A stretch of 42,914 nt of DNA from a virus (IMGVR_UViG_3300014205_000186:64001-106914); one strand, 5' to 3'; shown: positions 24,522 to 35,546, counted from the first letter of the stretch. Notes: generated from the sequence alone by a model not told the origin. Numbers and translations are program-made.

Positions 24522-27500
24522 TATGAACCCTCTATAAACATATTAATATTGCCGCTTTGGCTATAAGCAGATGGTAAAAAGAAGTCTAATTGATATCTTG
24601 CGTTAGATTGAATATTTGGCATAAACATATTAAAATGACCATCAGTAGTAATATTACCTTCAACAAACAAATTAATAGAATCTTCTGTTTCTTCTGTTGA
24701 AGCATCTATATAAAGATTAATACTCCCTTCTGGATTAAATTCAGAGTTTATACTAAAACCAACAGAAGAGAAGACACCGTAAGCAGAATCTCCATAGTAA
24801 TACGGATAGCCATATTCATCATAATAAATGTTATCCCAGCCAATTTCAGAAAATAGAGATTGAAGAGATATATTAAATGATTCACTAGTTTCTTCTGGAG
24901 TGGTTCCTTCTATAAATAAATTAATATTACTAATATTTAATACTGGGCCACTAGAATATAAATCTAGATCATCAAAAGAAACCTGTCCACCAATTGTATT
25001 AAAGGTTATACCAGATTGCTGAATAATTGACCCATTAGTATAAAAGTTTACATAATTATTACTAGCATCTTGTCCCTTTAGGTAAAAATCTACACCACTA
25101 CTAGAAACAGCGTTATGAAGATAAAAATCTAAAGAATCATCTTGATAAGTGTATCCTTCTGTAACAAAAGATATTGGTTGAACACCTGTCTGGTTAATAT
25201 ACCAACCATTAAAAGACAAAAATACATCTTTAATAACTAGGTTATAATCATGATTAGAGTTATTATAAGAGTTAAGATTAAAGTTTATATAAGTTGGATA
25301 ATTAAAATCTGTTTGTGGTCTATTTCTATTAGCCGCATATGTAAACGGTTGAACTTCTAATAATCCAGAACCATTAGCTAAATGTGTTTGAAAATTTAAG
25401 GTGTTATCAAAATAAAATCCTACACCATTTGTTAAAAACCCCTCGTTATAGTAACCAGATAGATTTAAACCGGATGGATTATTGCTAACAAGTTCATAAT
25501 TAATATTTACTAAGTAGTTTTCTGGTCCAGTTAATAATGTATTGTAAGCAAAAATTGATGGACGATTTTCATATAAAGATTCTTTTTCAGCCATTGTTTC
25601 AAGATTAACAAAGAAGCTATCATTAATAACCTTGTTAATATTTTTAGATTCTAATTGAATATGGTTCCCGCTAGCCAAAACTTCGGAAAGATTAAATCTA
25701 GAAACATAAAGATTATTTATATCAGCGGCTTCTGAATAAGAATCAGAAATACCATATTCATGAATATATCCTTTAAAATCTGTTAAACCAGATCCACCAA
25801 TATATAGGTTACCAACTCCACCAGGAGCAACTGAAGATGAAGAATAAGCATTATAAAAGTCTATATCTCCAGTTGATATATAAACATCTACCTTATTTAA
25901 TGGCCCAAGTCTCTGACCGGTAATAATAATCATGCTATTTGGATAAGAATCTATATTAGCATAGTTATATGATCCAAAATTGTTTCTTGCGATAAAATTT
26001 AACTGTTCATCTTCTACAGATAATTTAAAATCTAGTGTTGTTCCGGTATATTTTTCTAATAAGGTAGCTCCATAAGAAGATTTTAAATAATTATAATTAC
26101 CACTTGTTGAGCAATGAAGCATAACAGTATAGTCATTTAAAGTATCTATACTTTCTACTATATTGTTATCTTGTTCTAAATATAGATAGTTTTTATAAGC
26201 TTTATTATGATATTGATACGAATCTATTTCCTCATTATAATAATTTGACCATACCGATGGATAATAGCTAATTGGAACACTATCACCAGAATTTAAAGGT
26301 TTATAAGCAATGTTGAAAAACTCGTTATCATAACCACTTTGCTTTATCCTGTTTCTTCCAGAATTAATAGAAAAGGAAGCTTTGGGATTAAGATTATTTA
26401 CTCTATTATTAACATGGGCCTGAATATTAAAACAAAGCATATCATCATTAGAACAATATAAGTCAATTTGAGCACTTGATATTTTAGTGTCTCTTGGAGG
26501 CTGATAAAGTCTAACAAAAAAGTTATCCATTAAGTCAGAAGTAGATAAATAACTGTTAGGTAATCCACTTCTTGAAAAAGATAGGTCGGAAGCTAATCTA
26601 GTAAAACCGCCCTGATTTTGAACATGAAAACCAGATCCAAAACCAACACAATTACTAAATTCATCCAGAAATAATCCTAAAGAACACCAATCTTGATTAT
26701 TACTAATATTACCAGAAGAGTTATTAGCTCTAATACTAAAGATACATTTATCTATAGTTCTTGTATTATTATTCTGATTAAATATTCCGCTAGTATTAAA
26801 ATAGAAATCTATGTAAGAATTATTATATAAATAACCACTTTCAGAAATAGAATTATTAACAGGGTTATATATCCATGTTCCATCAGCACCAGAAGTATTT
26901 GTTGGTCCAGCAACGAAAGAGGCATCTGAGTTATTTACTCCAGAATTATTAACTGCTCCTTCTACCAAACTAGGATAAAAAGAATAAATTTCTGGGGTTA
27001 AAGAATTATAAGAAGAATAAACTGATCCAGAAAAATTAATTTCTAATTGTCTTAGCTTATTATCTAAAGCTGGTGTTACATCAGATGGATTAACAGTTAC
27101 CTTAACAATATCATGTCTAATTTTTGTTTTAGTTAAGTCTTTATTTGTAACTAATGCGTTTAATTGACTAAAAGAAGGGGTAAAGTATCCTGATTGAGAT
27201 ACTTGATACTCCCCGTCAACTAATTCATATGGACCAGAAGTATTAAAAGTAGTGCTATATAGACTAACATTATTAATTTTTAAGTCAAAATCAAAATCAT
27301 ATTGAAATCCGCTTAAGAAAGATACTTTTGTGTAAACCTGTTCTGGTACAGTATTATTCTGATCAGGAATACAATAAAATTCTCTTAATCCCCCACTTTT
27401 AAAGTTAACATAACCAGAAGACTGATTAAGATTATGACAGACTCTATAATTTGCACTTGTCTGAGTACCAGTTTCATCTAAAACAAAACTACTAGCATTA

Positions 27501-27535
27501 TATAAAGAATCTTTAATAAGTCTTAATCTTGACAT
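24521..27535 (-). CDS. tail protein with LamG/concanavalin-like domain and C-terminal short repeats
   Basis: DYTVMLH...NLYIGG...FKGYIHEYGI is LamG-like; immediately downstream of the tape measure. Confidence 0.65.
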   Translation of the reverse strand: MSRLRLIKDSLYNASSFVLDETGTQTSANYRVCHNLNQSSGYVNFKSGGLREFYCIPDQNNTVPEQVYTKVSFLSGFQYDFDFDLKINNVSLYSTTFNTSGPYELVDGEYQVSQSGYFTPSFSQLNALVTNKDLTKTKIRHDIVKVTVNPSDVTPALDNKLRQLEINFSGSVYSSYNSLTPEIYSFYPSLVEGAVNNSGVNNSDASFVAGPTNTSGADGTWIYNPVNNSISESGYLYNNSYIDFYFNTSGIFNQNNNTRTIDKCIFSIRANNSSGNISNNQDWCSLGLFLDEFSNCVGFGSGFHVQNQGGFTRLASDLSFSRSGLPNSYLSTSDLMDNFFVRLYQPPRDTKISSAQIDLYCSNDDMLCFNIQAHVNNRVNNLNPKASFSINSGRNRIKQSGYDNEFFNIAYKPLNSGDSVPISYYPSVWSNYYNEEIDSYQYHNKAYKNYLYLEQDNNIVESIDTLNDYTVMLHCSTSGNYNYLKSSYGATLLEKYTGTTLDFKLSVEDEQLNFIARNNFGSYNYANIDSYPNSMIIITGQRLGPLNKVDVYISTGDIDFYNAYSSSSVAPGGVGNLYIGGSGLTDFKGYIHEYGISDSYSEAADINNLYVSRFNLSEVLASGNHIQLESKNINKVINDSFFVNLETMAEKESLYENRPSIFAYNTLLTGPENYLVNINYELVSNNPSGLNLSGYYNEGFLTNGVGFYFDNTLNFQTHLANGSGLLEVQPFTYAANRNRPQTDFNYPTYINFNLNSYNNSNHDYNLVIKDVFLSFNGWYINQTGVQPISFVTEGYTYQDDSLDFYLHNAVSSSGVDFYLKGQDASNNYVNFYTNGSIIQQSGITFNTIGGQVSFDDLDLYSSGPVLNISNINLFIEGTTPEETSESFNISLQSLFSEIGWDNIYYDEYGYPYYYGDSAYGVFSSVGFSINSEFNPEGSINLYIDASTEETEDSINLFVEGNITTDGHFNMFMPNIQSNARYQLDFFLPSAYSQSGNINMFIEGS

Positions 27536-30500
27536 TTAACCCTCGAAATTACCAAGATTAGGCATCTTTGTTTTAATTAGTTTATTAATACCGTTTTTAA
27601 TTTCGGATTGAATTAGAGCAGCAATTTCTGGTTTAATTTGAGTAAGTACTTGAGCACCATTAAGATAAACATCTACTCTATGTGTTCCGTTCATGGTAAT
27701 TTCAGTTGGTATCTTAGAAATAGCATCTCTCATATTTTGAATTTGAATACCAAGTTGATTCACGGCAAGGTTAAATTTAGAAACTACCTCTGTATCTATT
27801 ATAGGGTTACTTTGAACTAACCCGCCAGAAGCATATCTTTTTGCTCCGCTATTAGTTCTTTTTAGAGTTTGAATACCTATTTTTCTAACCGCTGGTTTAC
27901 TTAGAACAAATTCTCCAGGAGTCAATAAAGCGGGAATAGAATCGGTATTACCAAAACCAGGAACAATTCCTCCAGAATTTCTTCTAATTGGCATACGATT
28001 TACACCAGAATTTTTAAAAGTTGTATTTAAAGCTTCTAATTGACCTCTTAAATTATTAATTTCAGAGTTAAGACTTCCAATTGAAGTATCTTTAGGAAAA
28101 TCGTTTAAAGATTTAAGTAATATACTATCTTTAGATTCAACATCCTTAGAAATTGCTTCAAAGTTTTTGGTTCCGCCAACTTGAGAAATTAAACTAGTTC
28201 TTTTATCATTAGCTGATAATAATTTAGTAGTAGCTTCTCCTCTAATCTCTGTTAAAGATTTTTTAAGAACTTCAAAAGCTTTAGAAACAGCAATAGTACC
28301 ATCTTCTTTTCTTCCTATATCCCCTTTTTGTAAATCCTGTCTAACTTTATCTAGTTGGTCTGGAGATAAACTTTGTACTAAAGATCCAGCTCTTTTATCA
28401 AAATCAGAAATAGAAGATCTAACTGGTCCAGATAGTCTAGTAAATGAATCGTTTTCTTTTAGTGCTAAACCCTTTTCTCCTTCTAGTTTCTGTAATATTC
28501 CAGATACAACGTTTGGAACAGAACCAAACTTATTAATATCTTCGTTTACAGCTTTAATATCTGGAGCATTAACAAGAGCATTTTCTCCAAACCTACCAGT
28601 AATACCAGATAAACTATTTCTTTTTTGAATAGTATCTTGTAGTCTACCACTAGTGGTTCCAATTTGATTTCTAATATCTCTTGTTTGACCTTCAGCTAAA
28701 ATATTTTTAAGATCAGAGAAAAATGTTTGCATATCCTTATTTAGCTGTTGAGAAAACTGTTGTCTATCAGTAATAAGACTAGTATTAATAGCTTGCTGAG
28801 CTTCTTTCTGAGTATTTAATGAAGCTTCTATTTGAGCCTGAATACTGTTTTCTTGTTTACTTGGAGATCCGGTATTTTGAAAACCCTGTGGTAAACCAGT
28901 AGTATTATTAGCTATAGAATCTAATACTTCTTTTCCAGTTTTTCCAGATCCAACAACGCTATCAGCATATGTTTTCAGGAAAGATATAACATCCTTTTTT
29001 AGATCTTGTGGGGTTCCGCTTAAACTTCCTGTAGCCGCTGCTGATCTAGCACCGCGAACAGTACTTGATAATCTATTTTGTTCTTCTCCGGTACTACTAG
29101 CAAAATCTAAAGCAAAATCTCTCTTAGAAAGTCTTTCTGATTGTGCTCTATTTAATTGTTGTTGTAATATAGATAATTCAGAAGTAGTATTAGCTAAATA
29201 AGATAGAGCTGAAGTTGTCTTTTCTAGAGCTGATCTCTCATTCTCTAAAGCAACTTGAATTCTTGCTCTTAGTTGAATATCTTCAGTATCATTTAATTGA
29301 GTAGTTAATCCTTGAATATTACTTTTTCTTTGACTAACACCAGCTTGAAGTCTACCAACAGATAATCCACCAGTATTTATTCTGGTAATATCTCTTTCAT
29401 TAGCTAATAGCTGAGAATCAACATTTTTACCAGTAAAAGTACCTCTTGCTTGAATAAGTGAAGATCTATTTTGAGCTACTTTAGTTATTCCCTCTAAAAT
29501 AGTTTTATCGAATCCTCTTAGATTTTCCAAAGATGCTGAAAACTCATTTAATTTAGTTGTGGAAGTTTCATAAGCAGAAGAAATAGCATCTAAAGCTGGT
29601 TTAGTACCTTCTAATAATGTTTGTAGGGCTTTTTGCGGGTCTTTGCTTAAATTCTTGAAGAACTCTGGATCTTTATTGTCTGAACCAAGTAAGTCTTCAA
29701 CTCTTTGAATAATTAAATTACTTACTGATTTTCCTATACCAGCACTCTTTAAAGATTCGGCAAACCTTTCTGTAACAGCTCCGGTATCATCTAAAGCAGA
29801 ACCAGATCTTAAATTAGATAAGATATCTGGAAGTATATTACTTGCTTTTATAATATCTGAAGCAGTTTTACCAAGAGTCTTTCCGGCTTTTCCAAATTGA
29901 CCAGTAAAATCTAGTACTTGTTTTTCTAAACCCTTTGTACTAATTCCTGTTTCAACAATATCAAGAGCGGGAGATACACTATTTTTTAAACTAGTAGAAC
30001 CAGATGATCCAGAAGCAAAAGACTGTAAGTTACTAGTAAAAGTATTTACTCTTTGAGAAGCTATAGTAAAGGCTTCAGAGAATCTAAGAATAGACTTAAC
30101 ATTATTATCAAACTCTCTTATTGTTTTAACACCCTTTTGAAAAGCGTTATCAAACTCAGTAGCGGCTTTGATATCTTTTTCAATATTTTCTTTAAAGTCA
30201 GAAAAAGGAATACCAAGAATACCAGCAATCATTCTTTGAGTTCCGTCATCAACTCTTTGAGTGAAATTCTCATAGCTATTAGATATCTTTGATATATCTC
30301 CTACAAAGTTAGCTAGGTTTACTTTTTGATTACCTAATTCTCCTAGAATATTTTCTCTTATAGAAGGATCTGAAGTAGATTGTAGATTTCTTTGTAAATT
30401 CCGAACATTAGAAGTTACATCAAAAGCTGAAGTTTGAGAAGTGGTTTTTTCTTCTTTAATAGAATCAAAAATTTTACCAAGAGATTCTATAGACTTGTTA

Positions 30501-33500
30501 GAACTTACTGTAGCTAATTGATTATCAAATTCTTTTAATGAGCCTATTACCCCAGTAGTTGCTCCATAAACACCGCCTAAAGCTGCTCCAACAGCAGTAC
30601 CAATACCAGGAGCAATAAGAGTTCCTATACCAGCTCCAATAGCCCCAGCGCTAGACGCTCCACTAATAGCTCCGCCTAAAGCAAAACCAGATCTTGAACC
30701 TTGTTTAGTATCAGTTCTTTGAGAAGACTTCTTTATTTGGTCTCCAATAAAATCTCCTATAAATCCAGCAGCAATACCAATTCCTATACCAGAACCACCA
30801 CCTAATTTAGAAGAAAATTTAGAAAATCTATTTCTTGAAGGATTGTTAGGATCGCTTCCACCAGAGCCAAAAAGTCTTTCTCTTAATGGCGGTTTATTTG
30901 GTGGGCCACCGCTACCAATACCAAATAAAGATTTTACAGCACCATTTCTATTAGTTTGGTTTAATGAAGAATAACCAAAAGCACCAACTCCAGATCTTAC
31001 TATTGAGTTTGGAATAGCTCTTGGGTCTTGTAAATTAAATTTCTTAGCAATTCTAGAAGTAATAACTTGTTGATTAGCCGCAAATCTACTTCCTTCTATT
31101 TGACCAATTCTAGTAGCGCCTTGAGGAACACGTTGTAAACTTTCTAAATAAGAGCTTCTTTTTTGACTTTTAGCAATATCTTCTCTAATTAAATCTGGTT
31201 GCGTTGGCCCAATTTTATCTGAAACAAAACTGGTAGAAAGTGGAAAAAATCTAGCAAATCCTGAATCTTTTTGTTTTCCCCTAGCAACAACAGACGAAAA
31301 AGATTGAGCGAAAGTTTCTTCTCTACCTCTTTTATCAGCTTTGCCACCTTGGGTATAATACTTTAACGCCTCTCTTTGTTGTTTAGTTATATCTTTTCTT
31401 TTTCTAAGATTTTTAATATCCTGCTTTCTTCTTCTAGCAAATTCTTTATCGTCACTTAATTTTCCACCCTGACTAGTATAATCAAAAGCATGACCGAATT
31501 CATGTAAAGCTGTATCTGCTTGTTGGAGTCTTGGTCTTTGAGTAGAAACTACAACTCTTTTTTGATTTGGGTCATAAACACCTGGAACATTATCATAAGA
31601 AACTTTTTTAGACCCTTGGCTCATCTGTCCTTTAAGTTGCGGATAAACATCAGTAATTTTTTCAGCATTAACTCTAGTTACTCCAGCTTTTTCGAGCTGT
31701 TCTCTTACTTTTTGAGGTATTTTATTATAAACGTCTTCGTCTGATAATTTAGCAATTCCGTCAGGACTAGTAACTCTAGATAAAACTTTATTAAGTTCTT
31801 GTTTTTTTATAAGTTCTTCAAGAGCTTTACTAGAAGTTTTATTTGATAAGGCTCTACTATTTTTAAATACAGATTTTTCATTTTTTCTTGATAAAGCAAT
31901 TTTTTTAGTTTCATCTTGATCAAATAATCTTTGTAAAGCTGGTGTTCTATTATTATCTTGCGATAAAATTCTAGGACTATCAATAGTTTTTCTACTAAAA
32001 ATTTTAGAAGCAAATAAACTAGCTTTATCTAGTTCAGAACCGAAAGCTTTTACAGTACCAATAACAAATAATATTTGAGTTGCTAATCCAGCTAATCCTA
32101 TAACATTTTCTTTAGTAGTATCTTCAAGTTTACTAAACTCACCAAAAAGACCAGCATAAGAAGCTGCTGTAATACCAGCAACACCTAAACCAGTTTTACT
32201 AATAGACTTACCAACTAAACCACCAGCAGCAAACGCTGGAACAATTCCCTCATTAATCATATTAAGTCTAGATGGACCTAACTTTTTAGCAGCTCTTTTC
32301 TTAACAACAAACTCTCCAGGCATAGCAGCAATTAACTGACTATCTTTATTACCTATACCAGGAATGTATCCGCCATCCTTTTTAGCTAGAAAACTATCTT
32401 TAAAACCTTTAATAAATGGTCCAGAAGAAGAACCAATTTTAAGTGCTCCTAAGATTAAAAGTGGCTCAAGTAAATCTTTAAATGACGCGGCTAATTTAAT
32501 AGTAAATTTAGTTAGATCTAAAATATCTGTAATTAAAGACTTAATACTTTCATCTTGAGCAAATTCTCTAATCATTAACTGAAATTCTTCTCTGACCTTG
32601 GTTAACTGATTAGCATAACTTTCTTGAGCTATAGCAGCATCTTTTGTAAGGCTATCAGTTCCAGCAAGAGCTACTTGAATAGCGTTCTGAGAAACCTCAA
32701 AACTTCTTAATAGAGGAATAATTTTGTTGATCTGTCTAAAACCAGCTAATTCTTCAGCAATTTGAGCTATTCTAGGATCTGCTCCACCAATCTTAGCAGT
32801 TTCTTGAGAAATTCTTTTTAGTGCTTCAAAAGCCCCAACAAAGTCACCGGCTTTAAAATCTGGATTTCTACCAAATTGATCTTGAAATTCTCTTACTTCT
32901 TCTGCTGTTCTTCTAATATTAATTCCAAAGTCAGCTAAGAATTTACTAGTACTTAATCTTTGAAGTCTAGTAGTAATAGTACGAATACCAACCGCTACTG
33001 TATCAGCAGATTCTCTAGTAGTAGATCTTACAGTTGTAAACAAACCTATTAATTCATTAAGACTACCACCAGCAGAAGCAAAAGCACCACCAGCCTTTTG
33101 AATCGCGGTTGTAATATCTGAAGATTCTACAGCGAAAGCAGCAGAAACAGCATTAATACTGCTTAAGGTTGCGTCAAGATCACTTGTTTTAAGACCAAAC
33201 TGAGCCATAGCTGCTACAGCACCTTCAACAGTGTTTTCAATATTTTCGAAGGTTGCTGCTATTTCAGTTTTCGTTAATGCTTCAAGAGCTTCTCTAACTT
33301 GATGAGTTGAAAAACCAGCCTGAGCTAAAACTTGTGACGTATTTAAGATACTTAAAGACGAAACACCATATTTAGTAGCTAATCTACCTACTTCATCTCC
33401 TAAAGCTGCTGTATTTTCTACTGATTGTCCAGTAACCTGTCTAATTTTAGTAAGTTGTTTATCAAAATCTATAAACTCACTAATAGCATTTCTAATAGCA

Positions 33501-34615
33501 AAACTTAATCTAAAAAATCCAGCGGTTACTAAAGTATAAGCACCAAATCTTTTAAGGGTAATACCGCTCTGTAAACCAAGATCGTATAAAGCGTCTCTAG
33601 AACCTCTAATAGAACTAGTTAAAGTATTCTGAGCAGCAATAGAAGATTTACTAGATAGAGTCTTTATAGACTTTGCGGCAGCACTAATATTAGATAAATT
33701 AAGTCCGGATAATCCAGTTTGCAAAGAGCTAACAGCCGAAGCTAAAGCTCTAATAACACTATTGAATCCTATACCACTTGTTTTAGCCTTGTTAAAAGCT
33801 ATAGCAACTCTATTTAGGCCATCCTCTAATTTATCTACATTTTTAATATCTTTAAGAGATAGATCAAAGGTAATCTTTTTACCATTAATCTTACTTAAAG
33901 AAGCAATAGATTTAGCTATTAATCTTGTTCGAGAAGCAATAGAGTCAAATTGGGTAAGATTAAATCCAGAAACCTGTGAGTTTAAAGAAGAAACTGCTGT
34001 ATTTAATTTTTGAAAGTTATCTAAAGTACCCTTTCTTAGATTAAGACCTATACTAAGATTTTTACTTCGAAGATCTTTAATTAAATTAGCAACACGAACA
34101 ATTTCTTCATCGTTTATAGCTTGAACAGTAAACTTCATTGGGGAATTTAAACTAGTTTTAAGAGCATTAATCTCTTTATATACTTTTTTAATTTCCGCGT
34201 GTAACAAATCAGAATTAATACCAACGTTAGCGTTAATAGGCTTAGATTTTAAGCTTTGTTTAACGCTATTAATATTGGCTAGTATGTTTTTTGTAGCAGA
34301 TTCTATATTAGAAGAATCAAATCTAATCTTAAGAGGCTTGCCATCTAAACTTCTTTTAATAGAATTGATTTCTTTGTATACTGTTTTGATATCTTCTGGC
34401 TTGATTCTTAAACCAATATTTAATGGCTTATTTCTAAAACTTTTTTGTAAAGCTCCAACTTCTTTATAAACATTTTTAATATCAGAAGGATCTACATTAA
34501 GCTTAAGAGTACTTGGTTTTTTATTAATTCTCTGTTTTAAATCATCTACAGTAGACTCAATCTTAGAATCTAAAACTAATAAAAGCTCAGCCGTAATACC
34601 AAATTTATCAGCCAT
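27536..34615 (-). CDS. tail tape measure protein (TP901-type core) with accessory domains
   Basis: FDKQLTKIRQVTG...LAQAGFS TP901 core, glycine-zipper segment, two GG..PG.GN.DS..A...PGEFV motifs, position after the chaperones. Confidence 0.92.
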   Translation of the reverse strand: MADKFGITAELLLVLDSKIESTVDDLKQRINKKPSTLKLNVDPSDIKNVYKEVGALQKSFRNKPLNIGLRIKPEDIKTVYKEINSIKRSLDGKPLKIRFDSSNIESATKNILANINSVKQSLKSKPINANVGINSDLLHAEIKKVYKEINALKTSLNSPMKFTVQAINDEEIVRVANLIKDLRSKNLSIGLNLRKGTLDNFQKLNTAVSSLNSQVSGFNLTQFDSIASRTRLIAKSIASLSKINGKKITFDLSLKDIKNVDKLEDGLNRVAIAFNKAKTSGIGFNSVIRALASAVSSLQTGLSGLNLSNISAAAKSIKTLSSKSSIAAQNTLTSSIRGSRDALYDLGLQSGITLKRFGAYTLVTAGFFRLSFAIRNAISEFIDFDKQLTKIRQVTGQSVENTAALGDEVGRLATKYGVSSLSILNTSQVLAQAGFSTHQVREALEALTKTEIAATFENIENTVEGAVAAMAQFGLKTSDLDATLSSINAVSAAFAVESSDITTAIQKAGGAFASAGGSLNELIGLFTTVRSTTRESADTVAVGIRTITTRLQRLSTSKFLADFGINIRRTAEEVREFQDQFGRNPDFKAGDFVGAFEALKRISQETAKIGGADPRIAQIAEELAGFRQINKIIPLLRSFEVSQNAIQVALAGTDSLTKDAAIAQESYANQLTKVREEFQLMIREFAQDESIKSLITDILDLTKFTIKLAASFKDLLEPLLILGALKIGSSSGPFIKGFKDSFLAKKDGGYIPGIGNKDSQLIAAMPGEFVVKKRAAKKLGPSRLNMINEGIVPAFAAGGLVGKSISKTGLGVAGITAASYAGLFGEFSKLEDTTKENVIGLAGLATQILFVIGTVKAFGSELDKASLFASKIFSRKTIDSPRILSQDNNRTPALQRLFDQDETKKIALSRKNEKSVFKNSRALSNKTSSKALEELIKKQELNKVLSRVTSPDGIAKLSDEDVYNKIPQKVREQLEKAGVTRVNAEKITDVYPQLKGQMSQGSKKVSYDNVPGVYDPNQKRVVVSTQRPRLQQADTALHEFGHAFDYTSQGGKLSDDKEFARRRKQDIKNLRKRKDITKQQREALKYYTQGGKADKRGREETFAQSFSSVVARGKQKDSGFARFFPLSTSFVSDKIGPTQPDLIREDIAKSQKRSSYLESLQRVPQGATRIGQIEGSRFAANQQVITSRIAKKFNLQDPRAIPNSIVRSGVGAFGYSSLNQTNRNGAVKSLFGIGSGGPPNKPPLRERLFGSGGSDPNNPSRNRFSKFSSKLGGGSGIGIGIAAGFIGDFIGDQIKKSSQRTDTKQGSRSGFALGGAISGASSAGAIGAGIGTLIAPGIGTAVGAALGGVYGATTGVIGSLKEFDNQLATVSSNKSIESLGKIFDSIKEEKTTSQTSAFDVTSNVRNLQRNLQSTSDPSIRENILGELGNQKVNLANFVGDISKISNSYENFTQRVDDGTQRMIAGILGIPFSDFKENIEKDIKAATEFDNAFQKGVKTIREFDNNVKSILRFSEAFTIASQRVNTFTSNLQSFASGSSGSTSLKNSVSPALDIVETGISTKGLEKQVLDFTGQFGKAGKTLGKTASDIIKASNILPDILSNLRSGSALDDTGAVTERFAESLKSAGIGKSVSNLIIQRVEDLLGSDNKDPEFFKNLSKDPQKALQTLLEGTKPALDAISSAYETSTTKLNEFSASLENLRGFDKTILEGITKVAQNRSSLIQARGTFTGKNVDSQLLANERDITRINTGGLSVGRLQAGVSQRKSNIQGLTTQLNDTEDIQLRARIQVALENERSALEKTTSALSYLANTTSELSILQQQLNRAQSERLSKRDFALDFASSTGEEQNRLSSTVRGARSAAATGSLSGTPQDLKKDVISFLKTYADSVVGSGKTGKEVLDSIANNTTGLPQGFQNTGSPSKQENSIQAQIEASLNTQKEAQQAINTSLITDRQQFSQQLNKDMQTFFSDLKNILAEGQTRDIRNQIGTTSGRLQDTIQKRNSLSGITGRFGENALVNAPDIKAVNEDINKFGSVPNVVSGILQKLEGEKGLALKENDSFTRLSGPVRSSISDFDKRAGSLVQSLSPDQLDKVRQDLQKGDIGRKEDGTIAVSKAFEVLKKSLTEIRGEATTKLLSANDKRTSLISQVGGTKNFEAISKDVESKDSILLKSLNDFPKDTSIGSLNSEINNLRGQLEALNTTFKNSGVNRMPIRRNSGGIVPGFGNTDSIPALLTPGEFVLSKPAVRKIGIQTLKRTNSGAKRYASGGLVQSNPIIDTEVVSKFNLAVNQLGIQIQNMRDAISKIPTEITMNGTHRVDVYLNGAQVLTQIKPEIAALIQSEIKNGINKLIKTKMPNLGNFEG
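31270..31740 (-). other. ATLF/PPEP-like zincin metalloprotease domain inside the tape measure protein
   Basis: VPGVYD, ALHEFGHAFD (HExxH at 31490-31504), LSDDKEF, YYT, EETFAQSF. Confidence 0.8.
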
Positions 34616-34617
34616 TT

Positions 34618-35322
34618 TTATTCTACTTTAATAGGTTCGCCATTTTTAAGAAACGGTTTTCTTTCCTTTTTTTCTTCCTTTTTAACAACTTGATAGTCTT
34701 CGTCTACAGTTTCACCACTCTCATTAATGTATTCAAGATCATTATTAAGAAACCCAAACTCAGTTAAAAATTTGTTTTCGGGAAATTCTTTAATATAATC
34801 TCCGTTTCCATAAACAATATTTGCTAGCTCTCTTGCTAGTTTTTCAGCATAAGATTCTCTAGAATTGTTAAGGTAATCATCATAAGATTTAAAGACTTTT
34901 GAACCATCTTCATTAAAACAACAACTAGATACTAAAGAATCAAAATAAGCATCATCTGCTTGACCTTCCGCTGTTAAAGAAGAGTTTTCCCGAAGAATAG
35001 ATAACTTATTTAAAAGTCTCATTCTTAGTTCATTAGTCTCAATAGCTAGTTTTCTAGCTTCCATAAGATCTATGCCACCTTCTTCAAGCTTTTGAACATT
35101 AGAAACTATATTGTCTGATAGCTCCCCGACAAATTGATCATCTTTTTCATCCCAAATATTTCTATCTTTCAAGACCTTGTTTAGATGAGATTTTAAACAG
35201 GCTCCGTTTTGTAAAGCATCACTAAATACTCTACTTTGTTGTAGTTTAGCTTGAGCTTCATCCTTAGCAGTTGGCTTAGAGACATAATAGGTCTTTTCAT
35301 CAATAATAACTTCTTTTTTCAT
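34618..35322 (-). CDS. putative tail assembly chaperone
   Basis: Acidic helical protein immediately upstream of the tape measure. Confidence 0.55.
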   Translation of the reverse strand: MKKEVIIDEKTYYVSKPTAKDEAQAKLQQSRVFSDALQNGACLKSHLNKVLKDRNIWDEKDDQFVGELSDNIVSNVQKLEEGGIDLMEARKLAIETNELRMRLLNKLSILRENSSLTAEGQADDAYFDSLVSSCCFNEDGSKVFKSYDDYLNNSRESYAEKLARELANIVYGNGDYIKEFPENKFLTEFGFLNNDLEYINESGETVDEDYQVVKKEEKKERKPFLKNGEPIKVE

Positions 35323-35546
35323 TTTCCTAGTTCCTTTTTGTGTAAACGTATCTGGTGATTACCTAAATCTAAAATCTTTTCTCTTACTATTAAAAACTTT
35401 TTATAAAACTCTTCATCCTTTAGTTCCTCTTTAAATTGAATTTGAAATAAATCTATTGCTCCAATCATAACTGTTTTAAGTCTATTTTCCACGAATATGC
35501 TCCATTTGCATCTTATGAAATTGTTCCTGAACATCCATTCTAACAT
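35319..35546 (-). CDS. hypothetical protein (start uncertain)
   Basis: Fills the gap between chaperone-like genes; likely starts later than 35546. Confidence 0.45.
   Translation of the reverse strand: MLEWMFRNNFIRCKWSIFVENRLKTVMIGAIDLFQIQFKEELKDEEFYKKFLIVREKILDLGNHQIRLHKKELGK

Noticed and set aside
35319-35546. Programmed frameshift joining tail chaperones (lambda G/GT style)
   Set aside because: No convincing XXXYYYZ slippery site in the overlap; a later start for the small ORF explains it.
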